A stretch of DNA of 64,000 nucleotides, taken from assembly GCA_965261395.1 (NCBI GenBank), contig OZ253462.1, positions 4,928,001-4,992,000 of the forward strand, given 5' to 3'. Every line of letters begins with the position of its first letter. The stretch's first letter is position 1. Made by a program: the position numbers and the translations under genes. The notes beneath the pieces were generated by a model that was not told where the DNA came from, ran no database searches, and worked only from the letters and a program-made list of their open reading frames with translations. Origin of the DNA: Candidatus Latescibacterota bacterium. Its GTDB lineage: Bacteria > Latescibacterota > UBA2968 > UBA8231. Of this stretch, positions 38,382 to 47,941 are shown piece by piece.

Positions 38382-41063
38382 GTGAAGCGAACGAAAAGCA
38401 CCCGCTCGTTTGTGCTAGCTGTTATGGTCCCATGTTGTCTCCTGTCGCTCCCCCAGCTTGGCACAGCCCAAGAATACGGTGCTCGTCTGGGAACCATCCA
38501 GCCAGACGGCGGAGTTTCCTTCGAGCCTCAAGGGCCTGGGGTCCTCTTCGGTGCCCTCGATCCGGCCAAGCGGAGGTGGTACGTGCCCCAGGAGCTCTAC
38601 AACGAGTACCGGTGGAGCCAATGGGAGTACTCCAACTATGCGCGCCGACACTATGAGCGCTACGTCAGAATCACCACCGAGGGCGATTCCTACTACGACC
38701 TCTACGGCAACTTCGTCACTCGTGGTTGGCTCATCTTTAACAACTCCCAATCTCAGCCCCAGCAGTTCGGCTCCTCGGTCCTCAAAGGCGACAGGTTCCA
38801 AGGCTGGTTCAGCGGCCTGTTGGTCTCGGCCGACGCCAAGGGCCAGCACCACTACTCGGTGACTATCGGCGACAATATCCGCACCACACTTACACCTATG
38901 ACCTTTTCCAAGCCCCGCTGGGACGGCGTCCAGTTCGACTACGCCGCTGACAAGTACCAAGGCACGCTCATTTACTCGCGCCTCAGCCAGCCCGGTGGCA
39001 GCACCACCCGTGACCAAGAAGTCCTCGCCACCAACGCCACCTCCATGATCGGCGGGCGCGGCACTGTGCAGGTGGGCGACTTCGCCACCCTAGGCTTGAC
39101 GGCCGTCAACTCCCACCAGTCCAACACCCTCATCAGCGGCTTCAGGGGCAACCCCGTCACCGGCAAACTCACTATCGACCAGAACCAGACGATTTCCTTC
39201 ATCGAAATCGTGCTACGCGACGACTCGCCCGAAGACCAAGTCGGCGGTGCTGCTTTCTTCCCCACTGGCTCCGATATCATCATTACCTACAACAACGGCA
39301 CGGTGGATCGGGGCAAGGATATCCGCTTCGAGCCGATCATCGAGGGCGGCTTTATCCGCCGAGGCTTCCTCTCGGCCGATGGCACCGAGGAAATCCGCCT
39401 GCGCTACGACTTCGACAGCCCAGCTTTTGTCAATCGTTCATCTGGGGCTAAGGAGGAAATCAAAAACGTCGAGTTCCGTCTAGTGCTGGGCAATGACTAC
39501 CAAGTCTGGGTCTCTTCGAACAACCAACTCAACGTCTCGGATGTCTCGGTGCTCTTACTAGTCGCCCAAGCCGAGGGCAATGTCCAAGACAACACCAACT
39601 TGCAGGTCGTCAGCTTCGAGTACGGTTTGCCCACGGCGACCCAAATCTGGGGTGCCACTCTCGAATTAGAAGAAGCTCTGGGCTTCAACTTCTACGGTGA
39701 ATACGACTTGAGTTACTCGTATGTCCAGTACCCCAACGTACTGCGCAAGAGCCACTTGGCCTCCTCGGGCCTTCGCGGCGACCGGGCGGCACCAGCTTGG
39801 ATGGTCAATCTCTCGCGCAACACGTATCCCTGGTTTGTCTTCGGCGAGGCCTACAGCATGGATCCGCGCTACAACACCAGGACCTTCACCACGCTGAGTT
39901 CCGGCTTTATTGACTACGAGGATGAGCGCGTCCACGTAGTCGAGCTCGTCGAGGACAACGATGACCAAGACCGCTATCCCGACACCGTGCGCAAGGACTG
40001 GCGTGCCGGCGACCAAGAAGTCTATCCCGGCTGGGACGAGAACAACGACTTCATCTCCGACTTCAACCAAAACGACAATCGCTTCCTCTCCAACTCCGTA
40101 CCCGACTACGAAGAGCCTTTCCTCCGCCACAACGTCGACCGTCCCGAGTTTCTCTTCGGCATCGATCTCAACAACAATGTCTGGATTGACCGCTTTGAAA
40201 ACGACGAGGCTCCCGACTACCCCTACAAGAAGGACCATCGGGGGTTCAACGTGTACGGCGGTATACACCTGACGCCAGAGGTCCGGCTGATGGCCGGGGT
40301 TCTGCGCGAAGATATCATCTCCTCGAATCAAAAAAACCGCGTTGACTACGTGCTTTTCACCCTCGACAAATCCACGCCTAACTGGGGCCGCTTTCGCTTC
40401 TTTGAGATGCTCAAGTCGGTCGAAGACGACATTCCCGACGACCTGCAGCAGTGGTTGCCCAACGCCAATATCCGCACCGGCGAGTCCACCAAAATCGAGG
40501 ACCCCCTCATCGCTCGCGACACCTATATCAACGCCCTGTGGTTGGGCCACGACTATCAGCACGGTGGCTTCATCGCCAAGAACTTCCTCAAATACGATAC
40601 GTATTACCAGCGCCTCGACGAAGACCAACGCGCCCCCTTAGGCTTGCGCCAGCGCGACTTTTTCTTTGGCTTCATCAACAAGGTGAGCTACCGCCTCGAC
40701 CTAGGCCGACTCTGGGTCGAGCCGCGCTGGAAGAGCGAGTACCGCAAACAGACCATCGACCTACTTTCGCAGGAAAGACGGACCGAACTTGCCGAGATCG
40801 GCGGTTTCCTACTGGGCTTTCCCATGCTCCAGCACACGACTCTGCAGCTCGGCTTGGAGTTCACCTTCGTCAACGATTTCGAGCGCGACCTCAACGACTT
40901 CAACAGCATCGTCGGGGCTGCCCAGTTCACTAATGTATCCGACTATCTGGGCTACAAGCTCACCACGCAGATGGGCATGCGGATAGACCGCCGCAACCCC
41001 AAGGACGGCGAATCGGAAACCATCACCGAAAGCTTCATCGCCGTTTACGCTGGCCTGCAATAA
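38382..41063 (+). CDS. Large exported hypothetical protein, probable outer-membrane beta-barrel with Asp-rich Ca-binding-like loops
   Basis: GTG after GAGGAGG; signal peptide; alternating aromatic/hydrophobic strands in the C-terminal third; EDNDDQDRYPD, WDENNDFISD, IDLNNN motifs. Confidence 0.7.
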   Translation: MKRTKSTRSFVLAVMVPCCLLSLPQLGTAQEYGARLGTIQPDGGVSFEPQGPGVLFGALDPAKRRWYVPQELYNEYRWSQWEYSNYARRHYERYVRITTEGDSYYDLYGNFVTRGWLIFNNSQSQPQQFGSSVLKGDRFQGWFSGLLVSADAKGQHHYSVTIGDNIRTTLTPMTFSKPRWDGVQFDYAADKYQGTLIYSRLSQPGGSTTRDQEVLATNATSMIGGRGTVQVGDFATLGLTAVNSHQSNTLISGFRGNPVTGKLTIDQNQTISFIEIVLRDDSPEDQVGGAAFFPTGSDIIITYNNGTVDRGKDIRFEPIIEGGFIRRGFLSADGTEEIRLRYDFDSPAFVNRSSGAKEEIKNVEFRLVLGNDYQVWVSSNNQLNVSDVSVLLLVAQAEGNVQDNTNLQVVSFEYGLPTATQIWGATLELEEALGFNFYGEYDLSYSYVQYPNVLRKSHLASSGLRGDRAAPAWMVNLSRNTYPWFVFGEAYSMDPRYNTRTFTTLSSGFIDYEDERVHVVELVEDNDDQDRYPDTVRKDWRAGDQEVYPGWDENNDFISDFNQNDNRFLSNSVPDYEEPFLRHNVDRPEFLFGIDLNNNVWIDRFENDEAPDYPYKKDHRGFNVYGGIHLTPEVRLMAGVLREDIISSNQKNRVDYVLFTLDKSTPNWGRFRFFEMLKSVEDDIPDDLQQWLPNANIRTGESTKIEDPLIARDTYINALWLGHDYQHGGFIAKNFLKYDTYYQRLDEDQRAPLGLRQRDFFFGFINKVSYRLDLGRLWVEPRWKSEYRKQTIDLLSQERRTELAEIGGFLLGFPMLQHTTLQLGLEFTFVNDFERDLNDFNSIVGAAQFTNVSDYLGYKLTTQMGMRIDRRNPKDGESETITESFIAVYAGLQ

Positions 41064-41073
41064 CTTTGGCCTT

Positions 41074-43344
41074 ATGGCCCCGAGCTTGCAGATCGGTCGC
41101 CGCGAACTTTGGACCTGTGCCCTCATTGTCCTGTTGTCCTTGGGCCTGCGTCTCTGCTATCTAAACGAACTCTCCCCCAGCCTGCTTTTCGCCGTTCCGG
41201 TCGTCGATGCCCGGACCTATGTCGATGACGCCCGCTACCTCAGCGAGGTCTCTTGGGCTGGGCGACCGACGCCCTTTTGGCAACCGCCGCTCTATCCCTA
41301 TCTGCTCGGCCTCCTCTTCTCTATAAGCGGCGAAGACTACTACCTGCCCCGCCTACTCCAAGCCCTATTCGGTGCGCTCGTCTGTGGATGTACCTATCTG
41401 CTCGGTCTCCGTCTCTTTCCCCCAGCCGTGGCGCTCGGCGCGGGTTTGGCCGCCGCTTTCTATGGCCCGCTGATTTATTTTGGCGGCGAATTACTGCCCA
41501 CCATCCCGGCCATCCTCCTCGACTTGGCTCTGCTGCTCTTGCTGCTCACCGCTCCCCTAAAGCAGCGCTGGCCGTGGCTGATCGCCGGTCTGGCACTGGG
41601 TCTGGCCGCCTTAGCGGTGTCCAATATTCTCCTTTTCGCGCCGGTATTGCTTGCTTGGCTCTGGTTTTCTCAGGGGAACTTTGTCCAGCGAGGCGCCTTG
41701 TTGCTCCTCGGCATCGCGCTGGTCATTGCCCCGGTCGCGTTGCGCAATCACCTAATCGGCGACGACTGGGTACTCATCTCGCACAACGCCGGGATCAATT
41801 TCTATATTGGCAACAACCCCGACTACCAGCGCACAGTCGATACCCGTCCTGGCAGGGCTTGGCTCCAGCTAACGGAAATGCCCGAACGCGAAGCCGGCAT
41901 TGAACGCCCATCGGCTAAATCCCGTTTCTTCTCCGCCCGTTCTTGGGATTTCGCCGCAGCGAATCCGCTCGACTATGCGTGGCTACAGCTTTACAAGCTC
42001 TATCTGTTTTGGCACGGCGATGAAATAAAGCGCAACATAGATCCATATTTCGCCCGCCGCGACTCAGTGCTTTTAGCCGCCCTGTTGTGGAAAAAGGGCG
42101 TCGCCTTCCCCTTCGGATTAGTAGCCCCGTTCGCCCTCTTAGGTCTAGTGCTTTTTACGCGCACCTCGGCGGGCAAGACTGAGCAGGGGCATCTCTTCTT
42201 GCTATTCACTCTGACGTACATGGTCTCGGTGGTGCTCTTCTTCGTTACCGCGCGCTATCGGCTGCCCGTCGTGCCCTTGCTTTTACTCTACGCCGGTTTC
42301 GGGATGTATTCACTATGGAAAGAAACACAGTACCGCAGGAAGGCCTTGGTGGCTTTGCCCCTTCTGTTGCTGGTAGCCAATATCGGCGCCGGGGCTATGG
42401 ACGAGGAGGGCGAACCTCAGCAGCACTTCTGGCTGGGCTATGCCTACGAGCGCAAAGGTATGCCGGCCAATGCCATGCGCGAATACAGGTGGGTCCTCAA
42501 CCAGCTCCCCGACCACGACGACGCGCTCTTGCGCCTAGCGGCCCTCTACATTGACGAAAAGGAATACCACAAGGCCGTCGATCTCTACCGAAAATATCTG
42601 GAGTTCTACCCCGAGGCGGACCGAGTCCGCTACTTTCTCGGCAATGCCCTGTTGCACATGCGCTACTACGAGGACGCCATCGCCACCTACGAGCAGGTCG
42701 CCGAAAAGCGCCCCAACTGGGCGGCCATCTACGGCCGAATCGGCTATGCCCACGCCATGGCGGGCCAACTCGGCCAAGCAGCCGATGCCTATCGCCGCAC
42801 CCTGGCGCTGCACCCCGACTCTACCTTAGTGCGTTACCAGTTAGCCCGGCTCCATGAGACAGAAGGCCAATTGCAGGCCGCTGCCGCTGAGTACCGCACT
42901 CTGCTGGAGCAAGCCCCTACCGAACCCGAGTACCGCATCCGCCTAGCTGATCTGCTCGTCGAGGAGGCAACCACAGGACAAACGACCGCGCTTCTAGAGC
43001 AGACGCTCCAAGCCCAGAGGGCCGAGGCCCTTTTGCGCCAAGCTATCGACCTAGATCCAAACCGCGTCGAGGGCTACTGGAGCATGGGCCTACTCTTGGC
43101 TCGACAGAACCGCTATCCCGAGGCCCTAGTATTCTTTGAGAAAATTGCCGCACTCGCACCGCAGGATCCCCAAGTACACGCCTGTCTGGGCAATCTTTAC
43201 GAGCGCCTCGGCAGAGAGGCAAAAGCGCAGGAGCGCTTCGATAAATACGACCAGCTCAAGCGGAAACGGCGTCTGCAGGACAAGGCGAGGGCAGAAGTAG
43301 AAAAGAATTTAGAACTGGTGCAGAAGATACTCGGACAGCGATAG
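41074..43344 (+). CDS. GT-C (ArnT/PMT-like, family 39-type) membrane protein fused to a TPR array
   Basis: DARTY, PFWQPPLYPYLL, LRNH, GINFYIGNNP, RYRLPVVP; C-terminal TPRs. Confidence 0.8.
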   Translation: MAPSLQIGRRELWTCALIVLLSLGLRLCYLNELSPSLLFAVPVVDARTYVDDARYLSEVSWAGRPTPFWQPPLYPYLLGLLFSISGEDYYLPRLLQALFGALVCGCTYLLGLRLFPPAVALGAGLAAAFYGPLIYFGGELLPTIPAILLDLALLLLLLTAPLKQRWPWLIAGLALGLAALAVSNILLFAPVLLAWLWFSQGNFVQRGALLLLGIALVIAPVALRNHLIGDDWVLISHNAGINFYIGNNPDYQRTVDTRPGRAWLQLTEMPEREAGIERPSAKSRFFSARSWDFAAANPLDYAWLQLYKLYLFWHGDEIKRNIDPYFARRDSVLLAALLWKKGVAFPFGLVAPFALLGLVLFTRTSAGKTEQGHLFLLFTLTYMVSVVLFFVTARYRLPVVPLLLLYAGFGMYSLWKETQYRRKALVALPLLLLVANIGAGAMDEEGEPQQHFWLGYAYERKGMPANAMREYRWVLNQLPDHDDALLRLAALYIDEKEYHKAVDLYRKYLEFYPEADRVRYFLGNALLHMRYYEDAIATYEQVAEKRPNWAAIYGRIGYAHAMAGQLGQAADAYRRTLALHPDSTLVRYQLARLHETEGQLQAAAAEYRTLLEQAPTEPEYRIRLADLLVEEATTGQTTALLEQTLQAQRAEALLRQAIDLDPNRVEGYWSMGLLLARQNRYPEALVFFEKIAALAPQDPQVHACLGNLYERLGREAKAQERFDKYDQLKRKRRLQDKARAEVEKNLELVQKILGQR

Positions 43345-43353
43345 AATCCGCGT

Positions 43354-45471
43354 TCAATACGCCACGCCCACTAGCCGGGACTGCCCATCTTGTTGTGCGT
43401 CCCCTTCTATCGCCAACCGCACAATATAGAGCCCCGGCGGAACTAGCTGCCCCTGAGCATCGAGTCCGTCCCACGTCTTGTCTTCGTAGCGGCCATTGCG
43501 TTCGGGGGCGTCGTGGATGAGGCGGATTAGCCGGCCGCTCAGATCGTAAACGGCGATCTCTACTGGGCGGGCAACATCCAAAGCGAGCAAGTTATAGTAC
43601 ACTCTGGCCACATCGTTGATCTGATCCCCGTTGGGGGTGAAGACCGCGGGCGCGATCGCCATCCTGTCTAACAAACGGCCTCTGCGCAGTATCGAGGGAC
43701 TCAATACCGTGGTGCCGGATAGATCGGCATCGTCGCCTGCGGCCAGTGGTGCCGCATCGCCCGAAACGACAGCTTGGGATATACTCCTCTCTTCATCGGA
43801 AAGCCGAACCGCCGCGATAAAGTTGGTGCTATAAGTCAGCACCTCGGTCTGAAAATAGATTTTTATTAGCGCGTTGCCTTCTTGCAGGAAGGGAATCCGC
43901 ACCGAGAATCTGTCGTCGTCTACCGCGAGAATTTGGAATCCGTCAACGCGGGTCGTGTCTTCAAGCCCAGCAAAGACGCGTTCGGCGACGAGTTGTCCGG
44001 TGTCATCCACCAACTCCAGGCGGTCTATGCTCTCTACTCGGGCAGGGGTGAATATCTCTATGGTGTCAAAACCGCGCAGGCCGGCCGTCTCCAAGACCGG
44101 GCGCACGGCGTACGTGAAGGTCGTGTTTTCGGCTATCCGAACCTCGCGCGGAAAAATCTCGCCGATGATTTCGTCGGCAAAAGGAGGGGTCAGGACCTCA
44201 AAACTCAGGGATTTCAGCCCCCGGGCCGCCTCTAGGTCATCGCTCTGAAAAAGAACTTGGAACTGGAAGTACCGGTTCGGGCTAGGAGAGGCGATTGGAA
44301 TCCCAGGGCCGTTGGCCGCACTCGCGGGATAGGGTGTGCTGAACGGACTCCAGTTGATTAGATCGTCCCTGATGAGGCCGGGGTTCCACTGGCGGCCAAG
44401 GGCGTCGGCCTTGGGCAGCGTCTCGTACTCAGCTAGTTCCATCTCCCGGGTCGGGTCCTCCAAAGAGAGCGGAATCTCCTCGGCGTCGCGCTGAGCCGCT
44501 AGCAGCCGCGTGAAGACAAAGGGCGTGGCGTCGTTAGCCGTGCGGGTGCGGATCTGCAGACGGGAAAACACCTCGGGGCCGACGACTTCTTCTACCCAAC
44601 GCATATCGCCCCAGAGCGCGGGCTGGCCGGCGTCGAATATATCCGAAATGTACTGAGCTTCGGAGAGAAAGCCCGTGCCGTAAACCTCGAATTCGTCAAT
44701 CTCGAAGTTGACCGTAGAGGTGGCTCGCAGGCGTACAAACTGGACGTAACTGGGCGGGTCTATGGGCACATCGACGACGGGATTTTCGTTGTCGACGTGC
44801 AACAGCAGTGGATCCCAGATCAAACTGCCGTCGTTGGTCAGGCTGATCCCGTCGTTGGTGAAAAGCTCGAAGGCCCGCAGGAAGTCGTTGTGAAAGGGCG
44901 TGGTTGGGGATTTGTGCACGGTATTGCGCGGATAGAAGCGAATGCGATTGACGCCAAAACGCCCCCCCAAGTTGAGGATTACCAGCGCGCCCAGCGCGTT
45001 GAAATTCTTGCGCTCAAACGCCTTCTTTTCACCGCCTTCCTCGCTAGTGAGCAACTCCTCCAAGGACAGTAGGAGGTCGTTGCGATCAAAGATACCACCA
45101 CTGGCGACGCCTGCCTCGCGCCCAAAGTCGAAGACGTTAGGCGCGTCTATGTCACCGCCCCGCGTCACCGTGTTGTTGGCGATGTTTTCGCCTTCTTCTA
45201 TGCGCAGGGGAAAGATACCACGAGGAAAATCGGGATGCGCGAATTCGACTAGATTCCCAGGCGCGTTGCCCACTAGCAGGCGGTTGGGGTTGAGGGGCGA
45301 GCGATGCTCTGCGTCGATGACCGCCACGGCGGAGCTTCCTTCGCCCCGCCAATCCAACTCGCCGCCCTCCCCCAAGGTAACGGTGTCGAGGGCGAAAACG
45401 GGGGCACAAACGATCGCTAATAACCCTGATGCTAGGGCGAAAATACGCGAAAAATAGCCCGATACACGCAT
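43354..45471 (-). CDS. Secreted FlgD-Ig domain protein; paralog B
   Basis: Signal peptide; LGGRFGVNRIRFYPR, EFEVYG.GF, IRTRT, WSPFS, GEIFP; VFTPNGDQIND...YDLSGR...WDG.D.QGQLVPPGLY; ends VAY. Confidence 0.85.
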   Translation of the reverse strand: MRVSGYFSRIFALASGLLAIVCAPVFALDTVTLGEGGELDWRGEGSSAVAVIDAEHRSPLNPNRLLVGNAPGNLVEFAHPDFPRGIFPLRIEEGENIANNTVTRGGDIDAPNVFDFGREAGVASGGIFDRNDLLLSLEELLTSEEGGEKKAFERKNFNALGALVILNLGGRFGVNRIRFYPRNTVHKSPTTPFHNDFLRAFELFTNDGISLTNDGSLIWDPLLLHVDNENPVVDVPIDPPSYVQFVRLRATSTVNFEIDEFEVYGTGFLSEAQYISDIFDAGQPALWGDMRWVEEVVGPEVFSRLQIRTRTANDATPFVFTRLLAAQRDAEEIPLSLEDPTREMELAEYETLPKADALGRQWNPGLIRDDLINWSPFSTPYPASAANGPGIPIASPSPNRYFQFQVLFQSDDLEAARGLKSLSFEVLTPPFADEIIGEIFPREVRIAENTTFTYAVRPVLETAGLRGFDTIEIFTPARVESIDRLELVDDTGQLVAERVFAGLEDTTRVDGFQILAVDDDRFSVRIPFLQEGNALIKIYFQTEVLTYSTNFIAAVRLSDEERSISQAVVSGDAAPLAAGDDADLSGTTVLSPSILRRGRLLDRMAIAPAVFTPNGDQINDVARVYYNLLALDVARPVEIAVYDLSGRLIRLIHDAPERNGRYEDKTWDGLDAQGQLVPPGLYIVRLAIEGDAQQDGQSRLVGVAY

Positions 45472-45603
45472 GGCAGCACTCCAATGTAACCGAGACGGCG
45501 GCGGCTGTTGGCAGCCAGCGCTTGTAAAATGACTTTTGGAACCGAGTTGATATCGCTTTATTATATATAAAATCTCGTCCCCCAGTTCAAGGAAGGATGA
45601 GCC

Positions 45604-47727
45604 ATGCCTAGATTTTTGTCTTTCTGTGTCTGCACGGTCCTATTCGCCGCTGCTCAGGTAAACGCCCGCACCGAATACCATCTGGGCGGTGCGGACGGCC
45701 CGTCCTGGCAGGACGTTCGCAGCCAAGCCGAAGTGGGGGCGTATCTGGTCTATGACGCCAACGGCGAGTTGCTCAAGAGCATCGCTGTGGGCACGGCCCC
45801 GCAAGAGACGGGTGGGGATACCCTCGTCGATTTTTCCGACAGCTCCATCCGCCCCCGCTTCATCGATCCGCTCGAAAATTTGGCCCTGACCGATCTAAGC
45901 GCCGCGTCGAACGAAGTCCCCCTGAATTTCACTGGGGGGGAGGTCAGCGTATCCTACGGCAATGGGACTTCGGCTTACAATTGCCTCTTCGCCGGCAACA
46001 ACGCCCCCCTCAACAAGCTCATGCTCGACGCCAATCCCGTATCCGCCCAGTTCCGTCCCTTCTCGCAGGACCCTAACAAAGCACCGGGCATCGGCTTAGG
46101 GCGCCCTTTCTACGATGTCATCATATTCGATTTCGGTGCCAATGTGCCGATTAACCGCATTCGCTTCTATCCGCGCCTCAGCCAAGAGGAAGACCGCCTA
46201 CTGATCGAAAATTTTGCCGAGCCCAAACCTCCCCTTGAGTCTTTTGGCGAAGACAGCTTCGCTGATAATTTCGTGGGCTGGTTTGATATCCGCATGGGCG
46301 ACGCTTCGCTGCCCTTCCAAGACGGTGCGTGCGGGCGCACGCCCGGCAGGCGCTGGATTAAAAGGAACGACCCCTTGCTGACCGTGCTGCACTCCACCCG
46401 CGAAAACCTCGACGTGGTGACCGATCTGCGCTTCAAGAGGCAGTCCATCCGCTTTCTCACCTTCCAAGCCTTTCCCTTGGGCAACTGGGAACTCGCCGAG
46501 TTTGAAATCTACGGCGAGGGCTTTGTCGAAGAGATGACTTACATCACCCAGATCTTGGACTTCGGCCGCCCGATTAGCTGGGGCCAGATCCGCTGGAACG
46601 GCGAGTTGCCCGAGGGCGTACGGGCGGAGATCCGCACCCGCACTGGGCATACCCCCGACCCCAAACTCTACTTCGCCCCCAACAACAACGGCGATCTAGA
46701 CCAAATCACCCTGAAGGAGTACTTAAAGATCGACGCGCTGTCCCGCCTGCCCACCGAGTATGATACCGAAAATTGGAGTTTCTGGTCGCCGCCCTACGAT
46801 TTCGCGGCCGGCTTGCGCGACGAGACTTTGCCCGCCGAAGCCTGGCAAGACGGCACTCCCCTGCTCTCGCCAGGGCCTAGCCGCTATATTCAGATCGCCG
46901 TTAAATTTCTTTCTGCCCCCTTTGCCGCCCCCCGGCTGGATCAGCTCTCACTACAGTTGAGTGAGGCACCTTCGGCCCAAGAAGTCGTCGGCGAGATTTG
47001 GCCCATCGAAGTGGACTCCTTCGAACCTACCACCTTCACCTATGTGGTGCTGCCCTCCTTCGAGACGGACAATATCGGCTTCAACCACCTAGAAATTCTC
47101 ACTCACGCCCGGGTCGATACTATCGAAGCGGTCGTACTCGACGGGACCAGAGTGGATCCTAGCCTCTTCCCCTATGAGATCCTCGATGACCGGATCGTGA
47201 TCGAATTTCCAGAGATAAAGGGCGAAGAGGATAGCTTCAAGCAGTTGGAGGTGATCTTCAACGCGCCCGTGCTGAGCTTCGGCACCGAATTCAGTAGCTG
47301 GGTTTTCAACAGCGAGGACCCCGATCAGATCCGCCAGCAGGTCCGGCCTGGCAACGCCACCTTTCGTTTTTCCGGCGATGTTCTCGCCGTTAAAACTCCG
47401 GTGGGCGGCAATTTGCTGGTCAATGTGGAAGTCGGCCCCAACCCCTTTACGCCCAATGGCGACGGCCTCAACGAGACGCTAACTATCTCCTACAGTTTGC
47501 GCGAGGTGGCAACGGATCGCACGGTCTCTGTGCATATCTACAATCTAGCCGGGCAAGAGGTGGCCACATTGCCCCCAACGCGGTCTCGCAGCGGGCAGTT
47601 CCGCCAAGAGTGGGACGGCACCGACGCCAACGGCCAGCGCGTCCCTCCGGGGCTCTACCTATACGAACTATCTCTCGATGTCGAGCAAGGAGACAGAAAA
47701 ATGGGGTTCCTCGCGGTGGCGTATTAA
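45604..47727 (+). CDS. Secreted FlgD-Ig domain protein; paralog C
   Basis: Signal peptide; DFGANVPINRIRFYPR, EFEIYG.GF, IRTRTG, WSFWS, GEIWP; PNPFTPNGDGLNE...YNLAG...WDGTDANGQRVPPGLY; ends VAY. Confidence 0.85.
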   Translation: MPRFLSFCVCTVLFAAAQVNARTEYHLGGADGPSWQDVRSQAEVGAYLVYDANGELLKSIAVGTAPQETGGDTLVDFSDSSIRPRFIDPLENLALTDLSAASNEVPLNFTGGEVSVSYGNGTSAYNCLFAGNNAPLNKLMLDANPVSAQFRPFSQDPNKAPGIGLGRPFYDVIIFDFGANVPINRIRFYPRLSQEEDRLLIENFAEPKPPLESFGEDSFADNFVGWFDIRMGDASLPFQDGACGRTPGRRWIKRNDPLLTVLHSTRENLDVVTDLRFKRQSIRFLTFQAFPLGNWELAEFEIYGEGFVEEMTYITQILDFGRPISWGQIRWNGELPEGVRAEIRTRTGHTPDPKLYFAPNNNGDLDQITLKEYLKIDALSRLPTEYDTENWSFWSPPYDFAAGLRDETLPAEAWQDGTPLLSPGPSRYIQIAVKFLSAPFAAPRLDQLSLQLSEAPSAQEVVGEIWPIEVDSFEPTTFTYVVLPSFETDNIGFNHLEILTHARVDTIEAVVLDGTRVDPSLFPYEILDDRIVIEFPEIKGEEDSFKQLEVIFNAPVLSFGTEFSSWVFNSEDPDQIRQQVRPGNATFRFSGDVLAVKTPVGGNLLVNVEVGPNPFTPNGDGLNETLTISYSLREVATDRTVSVHIYNLAGQEVATLPPTRSRSGQFRQEWDGTDANGQRVPPGLYLYELSLDVEQGDRKMGFLAVAY

Positions 47728-47761
47728 TGAATTCTGTAGGCGTGCTATAGGCGAGACTTGT

Positions 47762-47790
47762 TTGACATTTTTTTGTGATTGTCTTAGGGT
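47762..47790 (+). promoter_or_regulatory. Sigma70-like promoter upstream of the CBM9-like gene
   Basis: TTGACA at 47762, 17-nt spacer, TAGGGT at 47785. Confidence 0.55.
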
Positions 47791-47941
47791 ATAGCCAAAT
47801 TTTGTCAGTCACAGCCAAACTATCCACAAGCCGGTCGTTGAAAGGAGGTTTTCTCGACAGGCGATTTATTCGCAACGCATCCCTCTACTCAAATCTGGTC
47901 CCATGACCGATATCCCCATATTCTGAGGAGATTTTCTCAAC

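Noticed and set aside
39666-40628. 320-aa antisense ORF within the barrel-like gene (similarly 3600-4403)
   Set aside because: Val/Glu-rich mirror translation typical of non-coding antisense frames.
47820-47828. DnaA-box-like CTATCCACA / oriC suggested by mnmG in the window
   Set aside because: Single imperfect box, far from mnmG; no box cluster or dnaA/parAB genes.
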